Below, in pieces: positions 39,951 to 50,645 of a DNA stretch of 64,000 nucleotides. Position 1 is the stretch's first letter. Each line of letters begins with the position of its first letter. This stretch comes from an uncultured candidate division Zixibacteria bacterium (GTDB taxonomy: Bacteria; Zixibacteria; MSB-5A5; UBA10806). The stretch lies in the NCBI GenBank assembly GCA_963817915.1, contig CAWFQL010000017.1, positions 384,001 to 448,000 on the forward strand. The letters are read 5' to 3'. The position numbers and the translations under genes are program-made. Below the pieces are notes generated by a model. The model did no database searches and was not told where the DNA came from. It worked only from the letters and a program-made list of their open reading frames with translations.

Positions 39951-40552
39951 GCCTTTGTACCTCTAAGGATTCCTCTCTCTTTTGCAAAATCCCATAATAG
40001 CTTTTGCAATATTTTTCGTCCCCTGAAAATCCGTGACTTTACCGTTCCGACACTTATCCCGAGAATTTCCGAAATCTCCTGATAACTGAATCCCTCCACA
40101 TCTGATAACAACACTGCCATGCGGAATTGTTCCGGTACACTCTCCAGAGCCTTGACTACATCGTCGGAAACATAGTCTTTTAGTATTTCGGTAACATTGG
40201 AACCCTTAGCTTCTGATTTATCTTTGGCCGTGATTTCTTTGACAATTTCATCAGCCAGACAGAAATTTTCGACCGTTTCGAAATCGATCATATCCGGCTC
40301 TTGTTTTTTCTTTCTGTATCTCGTCCGGAAAGTGTTGGTCAAAATTGTCAATATCCAGGCTCTCGCATTTGTGCCGCGTTCGAAACTATGGAAGAAGCGA
40401 AACGCTTTTAAATAAGACTCCTGAACTAAATCTTCGGCATCCTTGTCATTTCGAGTCATCCTGATAGCCACATTATAGAGATTGTCTATAAGTGGCAGGA
40501 ATATCTGCTCGAATTCTTTCTTTTTATCTTGATTGTGGTTATCTTGAGTCAT
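39947..40552 (-). CDS. ECF sigma factor (SigR/SigH-like)
   Basis: AEDLVQESYLKA, F.RGTNARAW..TILTNTF, GTVKSRIFRGRK.L. Confidence 0.92.
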   Translation of the reverse strand: MTQDNHNQDKKKEFEQIFLPLIDNLYNVAIRMTRNDKDAEDLVQESYLKAFRFFHSFERGTNARAWILTILTNTFRTRYRKKKQEPDMIDFETVENFCLADEIVKEITAKDKSEAKGSNVTEILKDYVSDDVVKALESVPEQFRMAVLLSDVEGFSYQEISEILGISVGTVKSRIFRGRKILQKLLWDFAKERGILRGTKA

Positions 40553-40563
40553 AATTTTACACC

Positions 40564-42246
40564 ATGTTCACTTTCTTCAAAAAGGGTAATATTGCGAGAA
40601 GGCTTTGTCAAGTTATTATCTACCCATTTTTACTATATTTTGTCCTGCTTTCTTTAATCTCTTCCAAAGTGTCCATCGCAGCCGATAATCCTTCAAAAGC
40701 TTATTGGGTCTTTTTTGATAATAAGGAGTCCGACCCTCTTGTTTCCATTTCTACCCGCGCGGTTCAAAGACGGCAACTAAGATCGGGTATAAATTCATCC
40801 TCGTTGTACGATCTACCCGTATCGAAAGATTATATCCTCGCCATAAAAAACAGTGGTGCGAAGATTAGGACTATTTCCAGATGGCTGAATGGAGTTAGCG
40901 TTGAAGCCTCTGATTCAGTAATACAAGTCATTGCGGGATTGCCATTTATTACAAATATATCGCGAGTGTCATCCTATTATAGCCGACCGCTTCCAGAATT
41001 AGTTCCCGGCGGTAATCTTGCTTCCAATACGACGGCGTTTAATTATGGACCATCATTTGCTCAGATTTCAATGCTATCGATCGACTCGCTCCACAATCAA
41101 GGTCTCAGTGGCGCGGGAGTAATGATAGGTATTATGGATACGGGCTTTGATACGAGTCTTTCCGTTTTCGGCAGGATGAGAGCTCAAAATCACGTAATTT
41201 ATACTTATGACTTCATCAATGGCGATAGCAATGTCGTCGATCAATTTAATATTCAAAGGCAGCATGGGACTGCCGTCTTATCGGTTATAGGCGGTTTTTC
41301 GGAAGGTGATCTCATCGGCCCGGCATTCAATTCAGAATTTATTTTAGCAAAAACAGAAATCGTAAACTCCGAACAACATGTTGAGGAGGATCATTGGGTC
41401 GCTGCGTGCGAATGGATGGAGTCTCTTGGTGTCGATATTATATCATCGTCTTTGGGCTATATTGATTGGTACGATACAACCCAGCTCGACGGTCAAACTG
41501 CAGTTATTACGCGGGCGGCCAATATCGCATACTCCCTTGGCGTGATTGTCGTAAATTCGGCAGGCAACGAACGTGGTTCTCTATGGGAAAAAATTATTCC
41601 ACCGGCCGATGGCGATTCGGTCATAGCAGTTGGAGCAGTCGATTTCGCTGGAAATATCGCGGCTTTCTCGTCCAGGGGACCGACCGCCGATGGTAGAATT
41701 AAGCCGAATTTTTGTGCTATGGGCGTCTCGGATTATGCCGCGAATTATCAGGGCGGTTATGGATATTACAGCGGCACTTCTTTCTCTGCTCCATTGATCG
41801 CGGGTGGAATCGCGTTGCTGCTTGAAGGGCATCCAGAATGGAAACTGTCGGATATTTTCAGCGTGCTTAAGAATGCGTCTTCCAAGAAATTTCTGCCTGA
41901 TAATTTGTATGGCTGGGGCATTCCGAATTTCGTAGATGCTTTTTACAGTCAGCCCTACCAGCCGAATGAACCTTTATCTCTATTGATCGCGCCTCATCCT
42001 GCCGAAGATTCGACTATATTTTATATCACCTCGACAATTACCGGCGGGGCTTATATCGATATTTTTGACGTCTCAGGAGTGCAAGTAAAGTCCATAAAAT
42101 TTCAGATATATGAGCCTACCACCATTAAAAGCGTCTGGGATGGCAAAAATGAGGCAGGAAAGAAAGTGGCGTCGGGAATTTATCTTGTCGCCATATCAAT
42201 TGGAAATGATATTTTAAGAGATAAGTTTTTCCTTAAATCGCGTTGA
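40564..42246 (+). CDS. S8 subtilisin-like serine peptidase with a C-terminal FlgD/T9SS-CTD-like domain (start uncertain)
   Basis: DTG, HGT and GTSFSAP catalytic triad; WDGKNEAGKKVASGIY tail. Confidence 0.9.
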   Translation: MFTFFKKGNIARRLCQVIIYPFLLYFVLLSLISSKVSIAADNPSKAYWVFFDNKESDPLVSISTRAVQRRQLRSGINSSSLYDLPVSKDYILAIKNSGAKIRTISRWLNGVSVEASDSVIQVIAGLPFITNISRVSSYYSRPLPELVPGGNLASNTTAFNYGPSFAQISMLSIDSLHNQGLSGAGVMIGIMDTGFDTSLSVFGRMRAQNHVIYTYDFINGDSNVVDQFNIQRQHGTAVLSVIGGFSEGDLIGPAFNSEFILAKTEIVNSEQHVEEDHWVAACEWMESLGVDIISSSLGYIDWYDTTQLDGQTAVITRAANIAYSLGVIVVNSAGNERGSLWEKIIPPADGDSVIAVGAVDFAGNIAAFSSRGPTADGRIKPNFCAMGVSDYAANYQGGYGYYSGTSFSAPLIAGGIALLLEGHPEWKLSDIFSVLKNASSKKFLPDNLYGWGIPNFVDAFYSQPYQPNEPLSLLIAPHPAEDSTIFYITSTITGGAYIDIFDVSGVQVKSIKFQIYEPTTIKSVWDGKNEAGKKVASGIYLVAISIGNDILRDKFFLKSR

Positions 42247-42422
42247 TTCGCATTATTACACAATAACCATTTATACTTGACATTCACTATTTCGGGGATA
42301 AATTTGTGGCATGTTAATCGACTTGCCAATAATTGGGGAAAAGGAATTAGATGTAAATTGTGATTAAAATACTATTAAAAATGAATAGGGTTTGTACAAA
42401 AATCAATTCAAGGATTATGTAA

Positions 42423-42908
42423 ATGGGCTCTGAGAAAAAGGAACATAGATTGAAGAAATTGGCGTTGATTGCGATTTTGCTTATAATTGTCAGCTGTTTC
42501 GGGCCGATCCGCAGCGGCAGGCATATTCCGGACGGCCCCGTATCCTATCAGACAATTCTTGGTGGTTCTCATAGCCTGGTTGATACTTCTTTGGTAGAGC
42601 TTATCACCAATGAAGATGATTGGGAAAATACATGGCTTTTGGCCTGCGGCGGCATCGAACCATTGCCCGCCAGGCCTGAAGTTGATTTCGGCCATCAATA
42701 TGTAATAGCCGCCTATATGGGGAAAAGATTTAGCTCCGGCTACAAAATCGAGATATCATCGATTCTGAAACAAGGCAATGATCTATTGGTCACAGTGAAA
42801 AGATATGAGACGGCGGGAATGCTGCCGGTTGTGACGACACCATTCAGCCTTGTCAGGATTCCCCGGGGCAGCTATAAGCTAAAAGTAATTGAAGAATCCG
42901 TTAGATGA
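42423..42908 (+). CDS. PrcB C-terminal-like (protease complex subunit) lipoprotein
   Basis: IVSC lipobox; PEVDF..QYVIA..MG...SSGYKIEI, VVTTPF..VRIP. Confidence 0.75.
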   Translation: MGSEKKEHRLKKLALIAILLIIVSCFGPIRSGRHIPDGPVSYQTILGGSHSLVDTSLVELITNEDDWENTWLLACGGIEPLPARPEVDFGHQYVIAAYMGKRFSSGYKIEISSILKQGNDLLVTVKRYETAGMLPVVTTPFSLVRIPRGSYKLKVIEESVR

Positions 42909-43888
42909 AAAGACAGCTGAATCTTCTCGTCAGTGTTACTCGCGATGAGAGCATTCATCGAATTCTCGAATCGAACATTTTGTCGCACAAGAATGTTGCT
43001 TCAATGTTTAAACGAAAATATGTTAAAAACCGTTTGGAGATGATTCAAGGCATTGAGAATGCTGACGTGTTATTTTCATTCGCTGTGCCGGAAGAAGCAA
43101 TCGCGAACGCGAAAAACCTGAAATGGATTCATTTTGCTTCCGCCGGAGTGGACAAATCGTTAAATGAATCACTTAGAAGAAAAAGAATTAAATTGAGTTG
43201 TTCGCGGGGTATTCATGCTAATACTATCGCGGAACACGTCATAATGCAGATTCTCGCGTTTTCTAAAAACTTGAAAAAATCATTTGAATATCAGCAAAAG
43301 AAAGAATGGCGTTTCGACGAACTTGTCGAAGGCAGGTTTGATCTCGAAAATAAGACTATCGCCATTATCGGTCTCGGTTCAATTGGCAGGCGCATCGCGC
43401 AACTCGCAAGCGCATTCGATATGAATGTCACGGGAACCGTTAACAATGTCCGACCAATTAAGCACGTCGACAAAGTTTATTCTAGGAAGGAATTGCACAA
43501 ATGCCTTTCAGACGCTGATTTTGTAGTGCTTTCCACGCCATTAACAGATGAAACCAGAAATATCATTAGTGCCCGGGAATTCAAAGCTATGAAAAAAAAT
43601 GCTTTTCTGGTAAATATCGGACGCGGTTCACTTATAAATGAAAACGATCTTGTTCAGGCATTGACTTCGCACAAAATCGCCGGCGCGGCGCTCGATGTCT
43701 TTGAACGAGAGCCATTGCCTCCCCAATCTCCATTATGGTCATTCGACAATGTCTTCATTACGCCGCATTATTCCGGCATGGCGGAAAAACTTTGGGAAAA
43801 AGTTGCCAATCTATTCTGTGAAAATGCGATTCGGTTTAGGGACGGTAAGAGGCTTATTGGACGAGTAAGTATCGAAAAAGGATATTAG
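42905..43888 (+). CDS. D-2-hydroxyacid dehydrogenase
   Basis: GLGSIG, VNIGRG, LDVFEREPLP, ITPH. Confidence 0.92.
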   Translation: MKRQLNLLVSVTRDESIHRILESNILSHKNVASMFKRKYVKNRLEMIQGIENADVLFSFAVPEEAIANAKNLKWIHFASAGVDKSLNESLRRKRIKLSCSRGIHANTIAEHVIMQILAFSKNLKKSFEYQQKKEWRFDELVEGRFDLENKTIAIIGLGSIGRRIAQLASAFDMNVTGTVNNVRPIKHVDKVYSRKELHKCLSDADFVVLSTPLTDETRNIISAREFKAMKKNAFLVNIGRGSLINENDLVQALTSHKIAGAALDVFEREPLPPQSPLWSFDNVFITPHYSGMAEKLWEKVANLFCENAIRFRDGKRLIGRVSIEKGY

Positions 43889-43953
43889 CTGAAACTTGGA
43901 TAATGATTTAGTTTTTGAATATTAATAAACATGAGAGGTCGCAAAAATATACT

Positions 43954-44973
43954 ATGAGCTATTATTCAGAACCTGTCGCGCATATTTTTAGAGCGGACGC
44001 AATTGAATCGATCCATTACGGATCTGCGGTCGTGGTCGACTCTAATGGCCACTTGCTTTACCGAATCGGCGATCCCTACATGGTCACATATTTTCGTTCA
44101 TCCAGCAAGCCGTTCCAGGCAATTCCAGTGATTGAATCGGGAGCGGCCAAAAGATTTAATTTTACGCCGAAAGAAATTGCAATCATGGCGGGATCGCATT
44201 CCGGCGAAGATTTTCATATCGAAACAGTAAAACAGATTCTTGATAAGATCGGTTTGACTCCGGACCATCTCCAATGCGGAGTCCATGTGCCTCATCGTTA
44301 CACGGCCCTGAATCTCGTTCCTGAGCCGGGCCGCGAATTTACGCAACTTGAGCACAATTGCTCCGGTAAACATGCCGGTATGCTTGCCGCCGCTGTCCAT
44401 AAAGGATTAACTGTGGAAGATTACCTTTCGCCGGAACACCTCATACAGCAGATGATAAAAAAAGCGTTATCTGATCTTTGCGTCTACCCTGAAGAAAAAA
44501 TCACTGTCGGCATCGACGGCTGTTCCGCCCCTAATTTTGCCATGCCGATTTATAATATGGCATTGGGATTTGCTCGTTTCATAAGTCCGAATTCTGTCGC
44601 AAAAGATAAAGCCAAGGTTTATAGCGCAATCAGTCAGGCCATGATGGAATATCCCGAAATGGTTGCTGGAACTCAAAGGTTTGATACCGTAGCAGCCAGG
44701 ACTCCAGGCGAATCAATGATCTCTAAGGCTGGCGCTGAAGCAATCGAAAGCTTTGGCTTTGTAGGTCGAAAAGCAGGGGCTACTTTAAAGATCACCGACG
44801 GCGGCACCCGCGCGCTATTCCCGGTTGCGACTGAACTTTTATATAAACTTGGCGCCAGGTCCAAATGCGATGAGCTTGAAAAATTCCATCGGCCTCCGAT
44901 AACCAATTTCCGCAATATCGAAGTCGGAAGAATTGAACCGGTTTTTTCATTGCATAAAATAGAAGAAGAATAG
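43954..44973 (+). CDS. L-asparaginase II (Rhizobium AnsA-type)
   Basis: RSSSKPFQA, SHSGE..H, NCSGKHAGML, DGCSAP. Confidence 0.9.
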   Translation: MSYYSEPVAHIFRADAIESIHYGSAVVVDSNGHLLYRIGDPYMVTYFRSSSKPFQAIPVIESGAAKRFNFTPKEIAIMAGSHSGEDFHIETVKQILDKIGLTPDHLQCGVHVPHRYTALNLVPEPGREFTQLEHNCSGKHAGMLAAAVHKGLTVEDYLSPEHLIQQMIKKALSDLCVYPEEKITVGIDGCSAPNFAMPIYNMALGFARFISPNSVAKDKAKVYSAISQAMMEYPEMVAGTQRFDTVAARTPGESMISKAGAEAIESFGFVGRKAGATLKITDGGTRALFPVATELLYKLGARSKCDELEKFHRPPITNFRNIEVGRIEPVFSLHKIEEE

Positions 44974-45039
44974 ATGCCTGTTGTGATTTTATGATAAGGG
45001 ATACAATATTTATTGGTAATTTGGAATAGAGGAGTACAC

Positions 45040-46413
45040 ATGTTAGATTTTCCCCCAGAACCATATCGAATTAAATCAGTGGAGTCCATAAAAAGGATTT
45101 CAAAGGATGATAGAGAGAAAGCCATAAAAAAGGCCAAGTTCAATATTTTCCAGGTGCCCGCGGAAGATATCTATATTGATTTTCTGACCGATTCCGGTAC
45201 CTCGGCTATGTCCGACAATCAATGGGCCGGGATTCTCACCGGAGACGAATCATACGCAGGCTGCCGCAATTATTTTCATTTTGAAGAGACTATCCAATCG
45301 ATAACCGGATTCAAGTATGTTATTCCTGTTCACCAGGGACGGGCGGCGGAGCATCTGTTGTTTTCCAACATGTTGAAAAAAGGCGATTCGGTTCCTTCAA
45401 ATACTCATTTCGATACGACCCGCGCCAATATCGAATATGTCGGGGCCGATGGTGTTGACCTTGTTATTGAAGAAGGCAAAGATCCCAAACTAATACATCC
45501 ATTCAAGGGAAATATAGATTTAAAGAAGCTCGAAGATTTTCTAAAGAAACATGATACCAAAAAGATCCCGCTCGGTATGATAACCGTCACCAATAATTCG
45601 GGGGGCGGTCAGCCCGTATCATTGGAGAATATCAAAGCGACCTCGGAAATTTTGCACGCGCACGGAATACCATTCTTTATCGATGCCTGCCGCTATGCCG
45701 AGAATTGCTATTTCATCAAAATGCGCGAAAAAGGACAGGAAAATAGGACTGTCCGAGAAATAGCTCGTGAAATATTTTCCTATGCCGATGGCTGTACTAT
45801 GTCAGCCAAGAAGGACGGTCTGGCTAATATCGGCGGTTTTATCGGATGCAATGATGAGAAGATGTATAGGAAATTATTAAATTCGCTGATTCTATTCGAG
45901 GGATTTCGAACTTACGGCGGTCTCGCTGGACGTGATTTGGAAGCTATAGCGCGGGGCTTGGTCGAAGCGTTGGACGAAAATTATTTGAGCCATCGTATAG
46001 GTCAGATAGAAAGCTTTGGCAATTTGCTATTAAAAGAAAATATCCCGATAGTTCAACCTACCGGCGGCCATGCTGTCTTTATCGATGCGGCAGGTATGTT
46101 GCCCAATATTCCACGCGAACATTATCCCGGATGGGCATTAACTGTAGCGCTCTATCGTGAAGGTGGCATAAGGGCGGTGGAAATTGGTGGCGTGATGTTT
46201 GGCAAGAAAGATGAAGATGGCAAATCCCTTTTCCCGCCGATGGAGCTCGTAAGGCTGGCAATTCCTCGAAGAGTATATACAGAATCGCATTTCAAATTTG
46301 TTGTCGGCGTATTTAAAGAGATCGCGGCCAAAAAAGATAAAATCCGCGGGATTAAAATAACATATGAGCCCGAATTTTTACGTCACTTTACGGCGGAATT
46401 TGCGGAGATCTAG
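45040..46413 (+). CDS. tnaA: Tryptophanase
   Basis: EPYRIK.VE, LTDSGT, GDESYAG, MSAKKD (PLP lysine), LRHFTA (His here favours TnaA over tyrosine phenol-lyase). Confidence 0.88.
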   Translation: MLDFPPEPYRIKSVESIKRISKDDREKAIKKAKFNIFQVPAEDIYIDFLTDSGTSAMSDNQWAGILTGDESYAGCRNYFHFEETIQSITGFKYVIPVHQGRAAEHLLFSNMLKKGDSVPSNTHFDTTRANIEYVGADGVDLVIEEGKDPKLIHPFKGNIDLKKLEDFLKKHDTKKIPLGMITVTNNSGGGQPVSLENIKATSEILHAHGIPFFIDACRYAENCYFIKMREKGQENRTVREIAREIFSYADGCTMSAKKDGLANIGGFIGCNDEKMYRKLLNSLILFEGFRTYGGLAGRDLEAIARGLVEALDENYLSHRIGQIESFGNLLLKENIPIVQPTGGHAVFIDAAGMLPNIPREHYPGWALTVALYREGGIRAVEIGGVMFGKKDEDGKSLFPPMELVRLAIPRRVYTESHFKFVVGVFKEIAAKKDKIRGIKITYEPEFLRHFTAEFAEI

Positions 46414-46452
46414 CGATTGAGTTTTGGAATCATTATGGCAAGCCATAATAGA

Positions 46453-46481
46453 TTGACAACAAGGAGCTGAATAGCTATCAT
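46453..46481 (+). promoter_or_regulatory. Putative sigma70 promoter for the transketolase operon
   Basis: TTGACA-17 nt-TATCAT. Confidence 0.7.
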
Positions 46482-46537
46482 TTTATGAGTTAGCCTGGCG
46501 TGGTAACTATGCAAGTTATCACCCGGAGGAGGTTGAA

Positions 46538-47401
46538 ATGGCGCGACTTAATAATTCGATAGACCAGTTAAAAGAAAAAGCCCTCATTATTCGGCGGGAT
46601 ATAATTACGATGCTAATTGAGGCTCAAAGCGGGCACTCCGGCGGGCCGTTATCCTGCGCCGATTTTTGTTCGGTATTGGCATTTTATGAAGCCAATTATA
46701 ACCCCAAAAATCCCAAATGGCCTGAAAGAGATATGTGGTTTTTCTCAATCGGCCATGTCACGCCGGTTCATTATTCGATGCTGGCTGAAGCGGGATATTT
46801 TCCGTTAAAGGATTTAATGGGGTTCAGAAAATTCGGCAAGCACTGTCAGGGTCATCCGAGCTGTCTCGATACTCCTGGCGTTGAAGTGTCGTCGGGCTCA
46901 TTGGGGCAGGGGCTTTCGATTGCAGTCGGTGCCGCTATCGCCGCCAAAATGGACAAAATTCCTCGCCGTGTTTATACTATTATGGGCGATGGTGAACAGC
47001 AGGAGGGAAGCATCTGGGAAGCCGCGATGGCGGCGGCCCATTATAAGCTGGATAATCTTTGCGGTATCATTGATTTCAATAAGGCCCAGATAGATGGTTT
47101 TGTCGAAAATGTCATGAATATCGAATCGCTCGCTGATAAATACAAAGCGTTTAACTGGAATGTCATCGAAATCGATGGACACAATATCCTCGAAATAGTC
47201 GGTGCCTTTGATAAAGCCAGAACCCTCAAAGGCCGTCCAACCGCAATCCTCGCCCACACCATAATGGGCAAAGGGGTCAGCTTCATGGAGAATGATCCCG
47301 CCTGGCATGGAAAGCCTCCGACTCCCGATCAGGGTAAGAAAGCTCTCGTGGAATTGGGCACAACGTGGGAAGAATGGTCGTCCAGGCTTCTGAATAATTA
47401 G
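46538..47401 (+). CDS. Transketolase, N-terminal subunit
   Basis: SGHSGG, QGHP, GSLGQG, GDGE..EG..WEA (TPP motif). Confidence 0.93.
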   Translation: MARLNNSIDQLKEKALIIRRDIITMLIEAQSGHSGGPLSCADFCSVLAFYEANYNPKNPKWPERDMWFFSIGHVTPVHYSMLAEAGYFPLKDLMGFRKFGKHCQGHPSCLDTPGVEVSSGSLGQGLSIAVGAAIAAKMDKIPRRVYTIMGDGEQQEGSIWEAAMAAAHYKLDNLCGIIDFNKAQIDGFVENVMNIESLADKYKAFNWNVIEIDGHNILEIVGAFDKARTLKGRPTAILAHTIMGKGVSFMENDPAWHGKPPTPDQGKKALVELGTTWEEWSSRLLNN

Positions 47402-47424
47402 GCCGGGTGATTGGAGATTAATAG

Positions 47425-48396
47425 ATGGCAAATACTGAATACAAACTGACTCGTGAAGGCTGGGGCAAAGCCCTGGTCGAGTTGGGTAAAGAAAACCCTA
47501 ATGTTGTAGTATTAGTGGGTGATCTTTCGGGCTCCACTATGGTCAATTTCTTTCAGGAAGCATTTCCCGAAAGATTTATCGAATGTGGTATCGCCGAACA
47601 AAATATGACAACAATCGCGGCCGGGCTTTGCATCGCCGGAAAGATTCCGTTTTATGCGACTTACGGGGCCTTTGCGTCATGCCGCGCCGCCGACCAGTTA
47701 AGGGTGACAGTCTGCTACTCCAATCTCAATGTTAAAATCGGGGGCGCTCACGGTGGAATTTCTGTTGGCCCTGATGGCGCCACTCATCAGGCGATGGAAG
47801 AGATTGCCATACTTCGTTCGCTGCCAAATATGAAAATGATAATACCCGCCGACTATTACGAAGCTTTCAAGGCGACCAAGGCCGCCGCCGAAATCTACGG
47901 ACCTGTCTACATTAGATTTGGACGCGAAAAAGTACCGGTTGTTACAAATCCCGATTCGCCTTTCGTATTTGGAAAAGCCAATATCCTGCGCGATGGCAAT
48001 GATGTCGCGATTATTGCCTGCGGTGTGCTTGTCAATGAAGCCTTGATTGCCGCCGAGGAACTCGCCAAGAAAGGTATCGAAGCGCGAGTTATTAATATGC
48101 ACACTTTGAAGCCGCTTGATGACGAATGTATTATAAAAGCCGCGAAGGATTGTGGAGCGATTGTCACCGCCGAGGAACATCAGATTTTTGGGGGCCTTGG
48201 CTCATCCTGCGCGCATGTGGTAAGCCGCGAATATCCGGTCCCGATGGATTATGTTGCTGTCATGGACAGATTCGGGGAATCAGGGAAACCCGATGAATTG
48301 CTGACAGCATTCGGGCTGCGTAGTGTGAATATTGTTGATAAAGTAAATAAGGTTTTAGCGAGAAAAAAGAAATCAGTCGATGTTGGTCGTAAATGA
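47425..48396 (+). CDS. Transketolase, C-terminal subunit
   Basis: GIAEQNM, DGATHQ, EEHQ..GGLG. Confidence 0.93.
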   Translation: MANTEYKLTREGWGKALVELGKENPNVVVLVGDLSGSTMVNFFQEAFPERFIECGIAEQNMTTIAAGLCIAGKIPFYATYGAFASCRAADQLRVTVCYSNLNVKIGGAHGGISVGPDGATHQAMEEIAILRSLPNMKMIIPADYYEAFKATKAAAEIYGPVYIRFGREKVPVVTNPDSPFVFGKANILRDGNDVAIIACGVLVNEALIAAEELAKKGIEARVINMHTLKPLDDECIIKAAKDCGAIVTAEEHQIFGGLGSSCAHVVSREYPVPMDYVAVMDRFGESGKPDELLTAFGLRSVNIVDKVNKVLARKKKSVDVGRK

Positions 48397-48451
48397 TGAT
48401 TGTGCTTTGACTGACTGATTTAGTGCAACTTTGAAATCCTTAGAGGTATAA

Positions 48452-49697
48452 ATGTCAATCGTTCGTCCGTTTAGAGGATTGAGGCCGAAGCCGGAATATG
48501 CATCAAAATTGGCTTCGCCGCCTTATGATGTTCTCAGTAGCAAAGAAGCCAGGATTATGGCGCAAGGCAATCCGTATTCATTTCTAAGAGTAAACAAATC
48601 CGAAATTGAATTCGATGACAAAGTAAATCCCTACAGCAACGAAGTATATCTTCGCGCCAGACTGAATTTGGAGAATTTCGAAAAAGACGGCATCATGATT
48701 CGCGATCCGAGGCCTTGCTTTTATATATATCGATTAACAATGGATAATCGGAGCCAAACCGGATTGGTCGCCCTGACTTCTGTAGAAGAATACGATAATA
48801 AGAAGATAAAGAAGCATGAAAATACCAGACCTGAAAAAGTTAATGATCGAGCCAATCATATCGATACGGTCGGCGCGCAGGTGGGCCCAATTTTCTCAAC
48901 ATTCAGGTACGATAATGCCATCGATCAGATTTTTAAATCTATTACCAATAATTCAGCCGAAATTAATTTCACCAGCGATGATGGAATACGGCACGAACTC
49001 TGGGTTGTTTCAGATCAAAAAATAATAGATAAAATCGTCGTGGCTTTTGGGCAATTAGATTGTCTCTATATCGCCGATGGTCACCATAGAAGCGAATCAG
49101 CCGCTGAATTGTGCCATCGATATAAAGCGAAAAACAAGAATCATACCGGAAACGAAATTTACAATTTCTTTTTGAATGTTCTTTTTCCAGATAACGAACT
49201 CAAGATAATGTCATACAATCGAGTCGTGAAAGACTTGAATGGATTATCGTTATCCGAATACTATGGAAAAAGCTTCAGGGAAATTTAAAGTTACCAATTC
49301 ATTGAAGGAAGCGACTCCGCAGAAAGTCCATCAATTCGGCGTTTATTGCGAGAAAAAATGGTATCTACTCGAAGCGATAGCCGGCAGCTTCGATGCAGGG
49401 CATCCTACGCAATCCATCGACGCTTCAATTCTTGCCAATAATTTTATAGCCCCGATTTTAGGAATTACCGATCCCAGAACCGATAAACGGATAGACTTTG
49501 TCGGCGGAATACGAGGAGTAAAAGAACTTGTCAAGTTGGTCGATTCCGGCGATTTTAAAATAGCGTTTTCATTATATCCAACGTCCGTGGAGCAATTGCT
49601 CAATGTGGCCGATCGCGGCGAAGTCATGCCGCCAAAATCCACATGGTTCGAGCCAAAACTTCGCGACGGGATGGTTGTAAATCTTCTGAGTGAATGA
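48452..49697 (+). pseudogene. DUF1015 family protein; frameshift near 49260
   Basis: PPYDV, IKKHENT, YIADGHHR in ORF1 and MPPKSTWFEPKLRDG in ORF2; one extra base separates them. Probably intact in vivo. Confidence 0.85.
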
Positions 49698-49717
49698 ATA
49701 TTTGATGAAGGAGCTGT

Positions 49718-50602
49718 GTGATGTTGATCTTAATTTCCGATTCTTTTGATGGGGGGCTGGCGGCCAGGTTGGCCAAATTTGGTGAAGTGACGGTTGATAA
49801 GAATCGTTTGCCCGAGGTGGATATTGTCCTCGTGCGAAGCAAGACCAAGGTGACAAAGGAATATATGCAATCGGCTCCCAAGCTGAAAATGGTGCTCAGG
49901 GGGGGTGTCGGCCTTGATAATATCGATTTATCAACCGCCGCTGAGCGCGGAATAATTGTCCGCAATACAGCAGATGCCTCTACAACCGCTGTAGCCGAAC
50001 TAGCTTTTGCTATGATGATTGCCTTGCCTAATCATTTAGTAACTGGGACAAATTCCGTGCGCGAAGGCAAATGGCTTAAAAAAGAACTGAAGAGAACCGA
50101 GCTTTTCGGCAAAACTCTTGGCGTCCTGGGTCTGGGAAGAATTGGCATCGCGCTTGCGCAACGAGCCAACGCATTTAGGATGAAAGTCCTTGGATGGCAT
50201 CCCGATGTCAATTTCACGGATTTTGCTGAAATTCGACATTCTTTCAAAGAAGTATTGAATGAATCTGACTATGTCTCACTCCATATGCCGCTAGTTGAGG
50301 ATACCAGAGGAATGATAAATAAAAATACTCTTAAGGAATTTAAAGACGGCGCATACCTGATTAATACAGGCAGAGGCAAATGTGTGATCGAAGAAGATGT
50401 GGTGGAAGCCCTAAAAAGCGGAAAGCTGGCCGGATATGCCACGGATGTTTATTACTCAGATCCGCCGGAAAATTCACCGCTTTTGTCGGCCCCGAATGTT
50501 ATCCTGACTCCTCACATCGGCGCGGAGACAGAAGAGAATTTGCATAGAATAAGTGTTGTCATGGAAAGAATAATCGGCGAGTATGTCGCCGGAAGACATT
50601 AA
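49718..50602 (+). CDS. serA: D-3-phosphoglycerate dehydrogenase-like protein (short type)
   Basis: VRSKTKV, RGGVGLDNID, AVAEL, GLGRIG, TPHIGA; next to serC. Confidence 0.75.
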   Translation: MMLILISDSFDGGLAARLAKFGEVTVDKNRLPEVDIVLVRSKTKVTKEYMQSAPKLKMVLRGGVGLDNIDLSTAAERGIIVRNTADASTTAVAELAFAMMIALPNHLVTGTNSVREGKWLKKELKRTELFGKTLGVLGLGRIGIALAQRANAFRMKVLGWHPDVNFTDFAEIRHSFKEVLNESDYVSLHMPLVEDTRGMINKNTLKEFKDGAYLINTGRGKCVIEEDVVEALKSGKLAGYATDVYYSDPPENSPLLSAPNVILTPHIGAETEENLHRISVVMERIIGEYVAGRH

Positions 50603-50645
50603 TAAAAATTTTGGTACAAGGGACTAATTTTTAGGAAGGTTTATT

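Noticed and set aside
44974..45039. tnaC leader peptide
   Set aside because: 66-nt gap with no TnaC-like ORF or spacer.
49278..49290. Programmed -1 frameshift at GGGAAATTTAAAG in DUF1015
   Set aside because: The heptamers are out of phase with the upstream frame, and joining the ORFs needs a +1 shift.
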